A stretch of 64,000 nucleotides of DNA from Camelus dromedarius (Eukaryota), in assembly GCF_036321535.1 (NCBI RefSeq), contig NC_087436.1, positions 46,130,001 through 46,194,000 on the forward strand, read 5' to 3'. The stretch's first letter is position 1. The number at the start of each line of letters is the position of its first letter. Shown in pieces: positions 39,985-50,866 of the stretch. The position numbers and the translations under genes were made by a program. The notes under the pieces are model-generated. The model saw only the letters and a list, made by a program, of their open reading frames with translations, ran no database searches and was not told the origin of the DNA.

Positions 39985-40380
39985 AGAGGAGGGCATGGGA
40001 GAAGTTGAAGGTTATTACTGGGCATTTTGGCTTGTGAATGCTGGCTGCATGGCAACTCCATTTACTGAAATGGAAAATAAAGAAGGAAGAGCTGAGTTTG
40101 GATATAAGATGCAGGTCAAGTTGGAACTTTTATAGGACATCCGAGTGGAACAGCTATATGGCTCAGGAGAGGGGTTTAGGCTTGCAATATGGGTTTATGA
40201 CTCATCAGTGTAAGGACAGTAATTGACAGCACTACTGGAGAGAGTGTATGGAGTTAGAAGAGAAGATGTCATAAGATAGAGTCCTGAGGAGCACCAACAT
40301 TTAAAGGATAGGCCGAGGAAAAGCCTGCAAAGGAAACTAAGAAATGTTTAGAGAGGTAATTGGAAAATCAGAAAGTGTTG
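39985..40380 (-). mobile_element. LINE-2 fossil
   Basis: Purine-rich reverse L2 text: gagctgagtttggatat...ggacatccgagtgga...gagtcctgaggagcaccaacatttaaagg. Confidence 0.65.
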
Positions 40381-41994
40381 ACATATTACAAAATTTGTAC
40401 CCACTCTGGTGCTATAATTGGAAATACATTTAATTACAATTGAATGTGACTTGAAAATTGTTTCTTTATATATATATGCTAATTACTTACTTGCATCACA
40501 GGGTTATGAGGTTCCAATGAAAAAATGCATTTGAAAATATTTTGTGAAGTGTTACCCTAGTGATCTCAAATTTTAATGGTCCTCAAAATCTTTAGGAGGA
40601 TGTGTTAAAATACAGATTGCTGTGTTTCTGAGTCAGTAGATGTTGGATGGGGCCTAGAATTAGAATTTTGCATGAGTTCTCAGATGATGCCAAGTTGCCC
40701 ATCTGGGATCTGTCTTGTGAACTGTGTAATGCAAATATAAGGGATTAGGCTTTTGATTTTATTAAAATAATCACCATTTTCCTCCGATCTGTGTCTATTT
40801 CATCCCCTAATTTTTTCAAACTTGTGTCCTCTATCAAGAGATGTTGAAACATCTTTACTCTGCTTCATACCTAGCAATACCCGTTTATGTTTATGAAAGA
40901 TCAGTTTAGTGTAGTATTTTGTTGATTGTTTATATTAATGAGCAACAACTTAAGGTTAGCTTGATTAAGGAGAGGAAAAATAGATGATATTTCTTGTGAG
41001 AAGGAGATAAGGAGGACTTCTTTGGATTAAGAGGTGAGATTTTTTTTTTCTTCAAAGTCAATTAGATGTAGAATGTTACTTTTTACGTACTTTCAAAAAT
41101 CCCATTAGGGAACTTGTAATTTGATCCTGAGGGAGAAACATGAGGAGAGTCAGGTAAGAGGAAAAATTGACCTCATTCTTCAGTCCTTTCCGAAATCCCG
41201 AGAAATGTGTGTACCTCAACACTCCCTTCTTCAGTCCCACAAAACAGGGAATCAGGAAAATGCATTAGCACCCTAGTACAGACTAGGAACACAGAGCGGG
41301 GAGGAGACTCAGCCCCGTCAGACAGAAGGAAACCGGGGGAGGGGAGAGCAAACTTCCCCCAGTCGGAGACTGCAGCGCGGCCGTGGGAAGAGAAGGGAAG
41401 TGGGGAGACGTACCTCAGGCGTCAGCCAGACATTTGGCATCTGGGCATGTGGGAAGGTGAGGGAGGAGGGGAAAGGGCTACACCAGAGCGAGATGGCAAG
41501 AGCCCCCGCCTCTAGAGTGAAGACCTGGAGCGCTAGAGCTTTCTGCTCTCTCTCTTCCCTCCTGGAGGCCATTTCTCCATATTTAACCGGGATATAGAGG
41601 GGCCGCTGGGCCGAGTCAGAACTAGCCAGCGTTGCCGCCTCCCCACGGCAGACCCCGCTTCGGCCCCTGGCCCAGGCGGGAGAAGTGGCCTTAGGGGACG
41701 CTGAAGTTACTCCGTGGAGGGGGGGGGGTCGCCAAGCTCCTTTCCAATCGCAGTGGCCACTCCAGCTATTCGCATATATTATGCTAATGAAAGACCTCCG
41801 GCTCAGCTCCCACCCAAGCTCCCCGCCCCTCGGGGGGTCTCCCAGGCCCGGCCCGCGGGCTGGGCGAAGGTGAATATATTATGCTAATGAGGCGGGCCTC
41901 TGCCTGGGCTTCGGAAGGGGGGCGCTCTGCGGCGGGAGCGCGGGCTGGAGGCCGGGCGCCGGGAGGGGGTCGGGGGAGGGACGCCGCGCTCCGA

Positions 41995-42042
41995 GCGCGC
42001 GCGCACTCACACACTCTCTCACACACACACACACTCACACAC
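41995..42042. repeat. (GC)n-(CA)n compound microsatellite in the proximal promoter
   Basis: gcgcgcgcgcactcacacactctctcacacacacacacactcacacac. Confidence 0.85.
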
Positions 42043-42057
42043 GAGCATCTCGAAGGG

Positions 42058-42065
42058 TATTTAAG
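42058..42065 (+). promoter_or_regulatory. TATA-like box (TATTTAAG); predicts a TSS near 42088-42090
   Basis: Isolated AT-rich hexamer inside the GC-rich island, just upstream of the inferred exon 1. Confidence 0.5.
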
Positions 42066-42089
42066 GCTCGCACACGCGAGGCTGCGGAG

Positions 42090-42579
42090 ATACTTCGGGC
42101 AGCCGCGGCTTCGGTTTCGCGACTCGCATTTTCTCCTTGGGTGTTTCGTTTTCCTCTGTCCTCTCCCCCTCGGCCACCCCTTTTGCACTGCGCTCTGGCG
42201 GTCTCTCTCAGCATTTTTGCCGGGAACTGCAGCCAGGTGGGAAACACAGGTCGGTGTGCGAAAAAACACCGAATAGGCAGAAATAAGGCAGGCTGACAGA
42301 GGCGCAACAGGTCCGGTGCTCTGTGGAGAGGGCGAGCGGCGGCCCCTCACAGCCCCTCGGCCGCTGTCCCTTGGACCCCGCGCGGCCGCTCTGGGGACCT
42401 CTGAAGAGGTGTGCGTCCTCTGAGGGGCCAGGAGGAACACCCGGGAGGGTTTCATTCCGATTTTTACCTTGCTGCCATCAGTCTGGGACTGAGGGTGCTT
42501 TTTCACTCGCAGCTGGGAAGGGGAAAAGAAAGCGGAGGATGGTCCACGTCTGCCGGTCTCGGCGCTGAGGAAAGCGACG
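42090..42579 (+). other. COL25A1: Probable non-coding exon 1 of COL25A1 (start approximate)
   Basis: Donor ACG|GTCAGT at 42579/42580 and a polypyrimidine acceptor tctttttt ctttcttttaag| ending at 42673 define a 94-nt intron. Exon 2 then begins at 42674 with 56 nt of UTR. Confidence 0.65.
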
Positions 42580-42729
42580 GTCAGTCTCCGCGCCCCGGCT
42601 CCCACTCTCCCAACTAGTTGTGCAGCCACTTGGACTGAACTTTGGAGGAATCGTCTTTTTTCTTTCTTTTAAGATTATTGGAGGTGGTAGAGGGTAGGAG
42701 GCAAAGCCCAGACAGCCGACCCCGCCACG

Positions 42730-43026
42730 ATGCTGGTGAAGAAGCACGCAGGGAAAGGAGGGGGGCGGGAGCCGAGCTCCGAGGACCCGAGCGCATCCCC
42801 TCAGCGTTGTGCCGGGACGGTGCCCTCTTGCGCGGCCCTGGCAGTCCTCCTGTCAGTGGTGGCCGTGATGTCTTGTCTGTACCTGGGGGTGAAAACCAGC
42901 CACCTCCAGGCGAGGATCGCAGCTCTCGAATCCGCCAAGGGGGACCCTTCCATCCGTCTGCTGCCTGATTGCCTGGATCAGCTCAAAGCTGTGGTGCAAG
43001 AGAAAGTGGAGCGACTTCTGGCTCAG
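42730..43026 (+). CDS. COL25A1: Collagen XXV alpha-1 (CLAC-P), first coding exon: cytoplasmic tail, transmembrane helix and NC1 coiled coil (aa 1-99)
   Basis: MLVKKHAGKGGGREPSSEDP...CAALAVLLSVVAVMSCLYLGVKT..LQARIAALESAKG...VQEKVERLLAQ matches the recalled human COL25A1 N-terminus. Kozak gccacgATG; phase-0 donor CAG|GTGTGA at 43026/43027. Confidence 0.97.
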
Positions 43027-44088
43027 GTGTGAAAGCTTGGGGTATTTTGCAGGTGGATAACATCTTTTACAGGCGTGATTCTGTGTACATGACCAGCCTC
43101 TACCCTACTGTATGCATACTTGGTATGGCTGTGTGTACATACATGTGCTAGGCCATCTGTGCTCACTGTAGCATGTATTTGTATATGCACATCCTTTGGT
43201 ATCACCCTTTCTGTCTCTGTCATCTTCCCTTACTTTTCTTAATGTTTGCATGATAGACACATATGGAGGCCTAAAAGGGGGAAGGGAAGGGTGGCCAGAA
43301 TGTCAGGGTGGTGGTTTACCTCTTTTTAGCTTCTGGAATCATGTGTGAGTTTTTTCCAGTGTTGTGGAGAATATTCCTTGCAGAGATAACATCTGTTATA
43401 TCCTTCATAGGGTGTAAGAAGGTTAGAGCCATAGGTGTTATCAATAGACAAATGGTAATCACTTTTAAAAGTGAAATAACTTTGCAATGATTTCAGATGA
43501 ATTATTTCGCACACTGAATGTTTTCATATTCAACGTTTAAAAAGAAAAAAAACAATAGCTTTAATTTTTGTAAAGGATACAGTGGCAGGGGTATTTGTGA
43601 ATGCAGAGCCATTGGAGTTGAGAGTTGAAAAGAATCTATGTTATGTTCATCAAAACCAGGGGTGCTTTAGACTACAGTTAGGGTGTTTTCTGGAACTTGC
43701 CCTTCGAATGGAGAAGCTATTTGGCAGTAGTTGCATGATAAGCAGTTGACCTTTATGTATAAAATATTGGTTGTTTTAAAACCTATAGCTTACCTAGATC
43801 TGCAATATGTTCATGCTGGTTTTTCGCATTGACTGCATATGCTTGAGCTGAGACAGAGAGTGGTGGTAGTTGAAGAATGGAGAAAGATGTCCAGCAGTCT
43901 TGATATCATGTCAATGGTCATTTTCTTTTTTTAGGGCTTGGGTACTGTTACCTTTTGACTAAAGTCCAAGTACATATGTAAACATTAGTTATGTAGGCTA
44001 GTAAATCAAGCATATGGCCAGAGAGTCCCTAAAGAATCCATTTCTCTAATGCTACTGATGATTGTTAATATCTCTTCTTTTCCTACAG

Positions 44089-44158
44089 AAATCCTATGAA
44101 CATATGGCTAAAATAAGAATTGCAAGAGAAGCACCTTCAGAGTGCAACTGCCCGGCAG
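44089..44158 (+). CDS. COL25A1: COL25A1 second coding exon (70 nt; KSYEHMAKIRIAREAPSECNCPA-G), including the furin site KIRIAR (44110-44127)
   Basis: Acceptor tctcttcttttcctacag| and donor CAG|GTAAAA; in frame with the previous exon; not in the ORF track because it is short. Confidence 0.97.
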
Positions 44159-44738
44159 GTAAAATGGAACTTACTTAACAAGGGTTCCTCCATAGCAGAG
44201 CATTTTAAAACAAAGGTCCTGTGTCTGTCAAGTCTGCCTGTAATAATAGTAAAGAAAGAATGCAGACCCAACTTACTTTAATAAAACCAACATGTCTGAG
44301 TAAAAGAATGGCAAATAAAGCCCCAAATATTATTTTAAGAAGCATACCAAGGTCTGTTAAGGGAAAGCAAAGAAGATAGAGATAATCACCAAAGAAAATA
44401 CAGGCAAGGTGTTGTCCAAAGACAACGTTCTTAGATTCATAGATTGAAAATTATTCTTCAATTTTATTCAATTTTAATGTGTGTGGTGAAAAAGACTGCA
44501 GAACATGTTAGTTTCTGAATCGCTTAGTGGTTGCATTAGTGCAGGTTTCTATTTGTTGTTTTTGACATATGATTGTGTTAGTAAGCCACCTTCACTTCTT
44601 GAAGTGCTTTTATTTTCTATCAGAAAGGTTCTCTCTCCTATTCTGTAGCTAAAGATGTGGATTGAAAGGAAATTAGTTCTTTATGTTGAGCTTCTCATTA
44701 CAAACTATTGCATTCTCGATGACTTCTCAGAAAAGGCT

Positions 44739-44740
44739 TA

Positions 44741-44779
<39 letters not shown>
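44739..44779. repeat. (TA)n followed by a T-run
   Basis: Directly visible. Confidence 0.9.
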
Positions 44780-46589
44780 ACCATTTTTCTGTGTAGCTTT
44801 AGGGAACTATATGATGACAGCATACTAGTAAAAGCATGGGTAAGAGAGACATCAATGAATAAAAACCCCTGGGTAACCATGATATCTTCCTTCACAGACC
44901 TCTGAGGCTTGGTAGTTGGTCATCTACGGGCCTCAAATTTAGAAGCCCTTGGAATATGTCCATTGGAAAGTGTCTAGTGGATTCAACTAATAGGTCATGA
45001 AAAACTCCAATGAGTCTTGAGATTGTTGTTTCAGATAAATGTTGTTAATGTGTTTATGAACATTTTGGTTTCTTTTACTATCATGTATAGAAAAGTAAGT
45101 GTCTTACATTTTTTTTTTCATGTTCAAGAACGTGATATTTAGATACTTATACTGCATGGAAAGACTAATTCCTTTGTTTATTTATTTTTACATTCTTAGT
45201 TTTTTTTTTTTTTCCTCATGATAATTTGTTTTGACACAGCTAAACTAGGCACCATGTTTAGAAATTTCAAATGTCAGCTCCTGGTTGTACATCATATTTA
45301 TGTTCTGTTACATTGATGACCATAATGGAACAGTATTTTTTTTTTTTTAATGAAGCCCTTTCAGTTGAGAACACATATACATTAGGTAACAGGAAGACAG
45401 AGTTAATGTTTGAAATTATAGGTTTCATTCTTAGCTGTTTTAGGTTGGGAAAGACCTCAGAAGTCAGAAATTTAAGGAAGGCACTTTTCCAGTGTGGGAA
45501 TTAACTCGCAACAACCTCATCAGCCTGCAGGGATTATTTAAATTCCCAAGACAGTTGGTAGGGGACTTCACTGATCATACCACTTAGAATCCAGCATTTT
45601 CTGTATACAATACTCTTGCTAGCTGTGTGAAAAATAACTAGGGTTAATTAATAGGATTCTTAGTGAACTTGATAAAGAGTAGAAAAGTGACAGCCATGGC
45701 ACCGAGCTTAGTTTTTTGGGGGATTTAACTGCTTTATGATGTTTGATGTAAGCTGGTTGGTGAGGTCTAATTTGTAATCTGTAGGAAAGTCTTTACATTT
45801 AGAGTTCACTTCATGTTAAATCTTCCAAAATATCTTCCATTTTCTTCTTAATATATTAATTTAATAATAAATGTTGATTTCACCATAATAACAAATAAAT
45901 AAATAAATGGTGATTTCCTCGTTTTTTTTGTTGGCTCTGGCTAATGGCTGCTTTACTTTCTTGCCACCACTAGAGCTCCACATTACACCAGTTTTCACCA
46001 GGTTACTCTCGAGGTATACTTTTGAAGGTGCACATTCCAACACACAGAATCAAACAGGTTTCTTGCTGACAGATCTCTAGCATAGAAACACTCTATTCTG
46101 CTTGTGGAATAATTAGACAATATCAAAATTAAGGCATCATGTTGAAAATAGTATCCTGGGGAAAACCAGCTATTTTGAATTGTGGTCGGTGAGGTATTGT
46201 TTTAGGGAATGAATGGGCTGGCCAAGAGGATTAGAAAGGAGATATAGCACTTCCCACCTGGTTTAGGTTTCACCCTGGTTCGCAGTGACTAAGAGTTGTC
46301 ACCCAGACATCTGTTTGTAGGGCAGAGTGAGACAAGTTTGTTACCTCAGCCCAGTTCCTGTGGACAGATGCCCACCCCTTGAAGTTGACACTCCTGTTGA
46401 CAGTCTCCATCACAGAGCCAAGGACTGATAGCAAAGGCCGAATGCTGTGTTGTTTGTGTTCACTTTAATTGCTTTTGATAGAACTCAGTCCCAGTGAGGT
46501 TTATCCAGGTAGGCTACAAGGAAATCATAGAATTGAAAGTTTTTTTTTAAACACTAGAAAGAACTTTTGTGGGAGAGGTATAAGGAAGG

Positions 46590-47150
46590 CTATTATTGAA
46601 TGGTTTTTCATTATAAGGGAAGTATTCTCTCGTTTAATCTTCACAACAACCCTGAGAGTTAAGTATTGGTAATCTCATGTTACAGCTGGAGAAGCTGGAC
46701 TCAGAGGAGGTGACTAACTTAACATAGTAAAGACAAGGTCAGATTCATTTCCACATCTGTCAGAATCAAAAGCCCGAAGTCTGAGGAGGAATAGAGAGTA
46801 TAGGTTTTGGAGCTGGACAGTTCTGGACTGAAATCCTGGGTCTGATACTAAATAACTGTGTGACCTTGGTCACACTATTAAACATCTCTGGGTTCCAGTT
46901 TCCTCATCTGCAAAAACATGGCTAATGCTACCTTCCTCATCATAGGTTGATACTTGACCTAACGTCTGGCATAGTAATAGCTATTTATTGGGTAATAGCA
47001 GTTACTATTCTTTTTAAAATCTTATGTGTTACTTAACGCCAATCTGGTCCATGGGGACACATGATATAGGTGGGAAAACTGAGACTTGGAGATGCATAAC
47101 TTGCTCAAAGCTCCATGGCTAGTTGATAGTAGGTTCTGGACTAGAATGCT
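46590..47150. mobile_element. Cluster of MIR fragments in alternating orientation
   Basis: tttaatcttcacaacaaccctgagag (-); ctgtgtgaccttggtc...cagtttcctcatctgcaaaa (+); gaaaactgagacttggagatgcataacttgctcaaag (-). Confidence 0.7.
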
Positions 47151-50100
47151 GTGCTTAATTAAACAACTATATCTGTAGATCATTCATGCAGATAATCAAG
47201 TAAGTCAGTATCTCTTGGTGCTACATCAATGAAGATGGGTTCTTTACAGATATTTGTATTAGTCTACTAAATTATTTTTACCAAAATTGTTGGAAGAACT
47301 TTTGACCTTGTAGGTAAACCATAATCGAAGTAGATAGAACCTACACTAAAAGAGTATAAAGGGATAAAGAGTGTCTTTACAGTTTTGATACCAGATGTTT
47401 TTGAAAAGAAGTACTTTAGTTGTCTGACTCATTTTCACACTTATTTTTAACAGCTTTCTTAAAGTATATTTTATAATATTTAAATCTATGATTTAAAGAG
47501 TGAAAAAAAATGGAGCTGGGCAACCATCACTACAATTTTAGATCACATCATCATTCCCCAAAATTCACATTTACTTTTTTTGTGTGCTCAGGAGAAGCTC
47601 TATTTTTTGAATATTTGCTTTAAAGAAACCTCAAAATAAAATTAAAAAAAAAACCATACAAATTAGAGTTCTATTTAGCAGAATATTTGATTTAGCAGTA
47701 GCTGAACTGTGGAAATCCAGCTGGCATCTGTGGCTTGGCCTCTCTAAAACTTGTCTTTTGTAGGAGAGAATAAATTGGCTCTTTCCTGTGGCTGTAGAAT
47801 TCCGTTTTGGGTTCTGTTCTTGGAGTCCTACATAAAGTACATACAAAGTAGGCATATTTATGGGAAGGTTTCTATGATCCAGCTGATAAGGAACACTGGG
47901 AACCAGGCAGCCAACCAAAAGATGTTTAAGATCATAGAGTTTTCTGTACCTTACTCATGAGTAGTGTTGCCTGCCCAGGGTATGAAATATAAGAACCTCT
48001 GTGGCGTAAGGGACAGAGAATGTGAATGGGCAATAAAGAATCTGTAGTTCCAGTTATGATGACCAATAGTGGGCTTTCTTCCATGACAGCATTTCTGGAG
48101 GAGCAATCAGGATCGACTAATAAGACTGCTTTAATGATAGACCCTGTTACATTCAGATAAAGAACTTTTCCTGATCAAGGGCTTGCTTGAGTGTCATTGG
48201 AGTGATAGACTATAGATCTATGAATCAGTTCAACAAAAAATCCTGAAGATATTATGTCTGACAAATGAGTGAAATTTGGGGGAGTCCCAAAGAGTGTATT
48301 TAATCTATTCTTAAATCTTATTTTTGAATAAGGTATATTGATTTTCTCTTACAACAAATAAAATTTTGGTAAAAATAGTGCAAAAAAAAAAAAAAAAAAA
48401 AAGAATCCAGAGTTCTAATCCTGGCTTTGCCATTAACAATCTTGGGGAAATCATTTACAAGAATGACTTTTACAGACTCTATTTTCATATCCCTAATATA
48501 GGAGTGTTGGGTTAGAGTGATTTTGAAGGGCACTTGTCTGTTCTCCAGGTATGAAGAGCCTATTGTGTGCTAAATATCTAGATACGGGGAAAATGCTGAT
48601 GAATAAGGCAGACTTGGCATCTGCCCTCTTGGTGCTTACATTTCAATGAGGATGACAGACATTTTAAAATGACATGAATTTACAGGCATGAGAAGTACAA
48701 CCGAGAAAAAGTATAGTATGCTTTGGAGTGCATGACCAAAGCTTCTTCCATACTGTAAATACTATGGATTTTTTTTTTCTTTATTTGGTAGAGGGCGAGG
48801 GGGAAAGAAATTCATAGAAGGAGAAAATCATTAACATGAGAAAATCTGGCTTCTGATAACATATGAAAGCTCTAGCCATGGATAAAAGCTGATCTGCATA
48901 GCCTCACCTGGCTTTTGGTTTTCCAAGAATTTATGGCCAAATGAAGGTACACTGATACTTGGTTTGCATACACTGATACCCAACTGAAATAAAAAGTGGT
49001 TCTAATATATAAAAGATTGTGTAGATAGGATGGTGACCTGTTTTTCTACATTACTTCTGCAAACAGGGAGATTCAGGTTGAATAAGAGTTGAAGCTTCCT
49101 GCATGGTGGGACTGAACATTTCCACCAGACCTGGTCCTCAGCCTTCACAGATGATGACGAAAGTAGCACATCTAGTCATCTGCTCAGAGAGCTTAATTAG
49201 AGATAGAAAGACATACTGTATAATTTCTGAGGTCCTTCCACACCCTCCAAGTCTCTGATAGTGATTATATACAAAGTAAGTTCAAATGTAGGCAAGTAGA
49301 AGTATCTCTGATTCATAAATATGAGTGACACAGCCTCTGGTAACTGGTTTTGTGGCATCTTCTCCATTGATGGTGGAATTAAATTTTAACTGTAGCTTTA
49401 AGGTTGTGTACCCTTTCCAATTATATGAGAAGACCTTTAAATTACCTTGCTAACATAAATTTACTTTATCATATAAAACTCATATTTCCTACTAACATGG
49501 TTTTTCAATTACACTGTACATTTTTCCTAACCAGCTACCCAATGAATGGAAAGAGTGCACCAAGTAAGGACATATGTATAGATTTTCAATTATGTAAGGT
49601 AAAGAATTGTCAGAAACGGGTTGCAAAAAGAAAGCAAAATAAAATGCCATAAGTGTTATTTAAATGAGAATAGCAGGCAGTCCCCTCCTCTTGTAAAGCC
49701 AGACAATACAGTGTGGCATCTGAGTGCCTCAAAGCCTTCATGTTAAATGGTTTCAGTCCTAATGAGTACAGCAGTTTGGGTGTAACACTTTTAGTTGGTT
49801 CAGTAGTGACAACTGGCAAAATGCCCTGTCACCCAAAGGACTGGGGACAAATTACCTCTTGAAGCAGTGTTCTTGTATCTTAGCTTCTCTTCTGTATCTC
49901 TTGTCTGAAAATTACTAAGAAGCAAATCCTTGAAGTACTCTTTTCTCTTTCTTACCTTAGTAATTCTGTTTTTCCTGAGCTGGGAATTATTGAAGAGAAG
50001 GGCATAAATTCTGCGTAGGGATTAATTTTTTCTAGCTCATTTGAAGGATGTATAGATGCAAGTAGCCTCTCAGGGCCTTAATAACCTATTGTGCTTCTGA

Positions 50101-50850
50101 TTGGTTTGTAACTGTGCAAAATCAACTACATAGCATATTAAAAAAGAGTATTTGAATGTCAAAATTAGGTCTAGGAGTGGAGAAGGGCATCCTCTCATCA
50201 ACAAGATTAGGTAATTGACAACTGGTAGGGAAACATGCCAGAATTAGGACTGTCTTACAGTTCGGGGGGGGGGGTGCTGTGTGCTGCAGGGGGAACCTCA
50301 TGAGGTTCTCATCAAATAATATCAATCTATGTTGTCTTGAGTGGAAATCATCCAAAACCTATTATGAAAAAGCATTTTTATACCATCCTTCCACTTTCTA
50401 AATACCACTTGGTGGTTGGAAGCTGAGGATGTGAAAACAATATATGAGTCAGTCTGGGCTGCAGGCAATAGCCCAGTAAGTGACCGCTAAGCATAGAAAC
50501 ATCTCCACCCTCCCTGGTTTGCCAGTACGGGTGAAGTTCCATGCCGTGGTTTAATGCACCGTGATATTTAACAGTTTTTTTTGGAATTTGTGTTAAAAAT
50601 GACTGTGACACACCCGCATACTGAATTCTTAGACATGCACAGTTACTGTTTCATTGGGGATGTGTTCAGCAACCTTATAATTAAAAAATATTTTTCAATC
50701 AACTTTTAAAAAGGAGGAGATGCAGGAGAGTGGGAAGCAGAAGTAAGTGGAGTTCACTTACAAATTAAAATTGAGCACTTTTCATTGGCGTCATATATTC
50801 CTTCACATGACTGTTCTGTGTCGTTTAAATGATAGGATTCCTTGAAGAAA

Positions 50851-50866
50851 TGCCACCAGATGGCAG
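50851..50866 (+). promoter_or_regulatory. Candidate CTCF motif
   Basis: TGCCACCAGATGGCAG fits the CTCF core CCACCAG(G/A)(G/T)GGC(G/A). Confidence 0.5.

Larger units (their letters stand above)
41290..43020. promoter_or_regulatory. COL25A1: CpG island / COL25A1 promoter region
   Basis: Sharp rise in GC and CpG density against an AT-rich, CpG-poor background; GC boxes (e.g. ccccgcccc 41821-41829); overlaps the first exons. Confidence 0.9.

Noticed and set aside
63..41200. Numerous 60-154 aa ORFs in the upstream region
   Set aside because: Their lengths are typical of chance ORFs, many have non-ATG starts or lie in repeats and microsatellites, and none resembles a known protein other than transposon fossils.
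41784..42629. 281-aa minus-strand ORF, the longest in the window, and the other ORFs overlapping the CpG island
   Set aside because: GC-rich DNA is depleted of stop codons. The translation is low-complexity (R/P/A/S), runs through a microsatellite, has a non-ATG start and resembles no protein I recognise.
43027..43032. COL25A1 ORF apparently ending at 100 aa (V-stop)
   Set aside because: GTGTGA is the splice donor; the frame continues in the exon at 44089. This is not a truncated gene.
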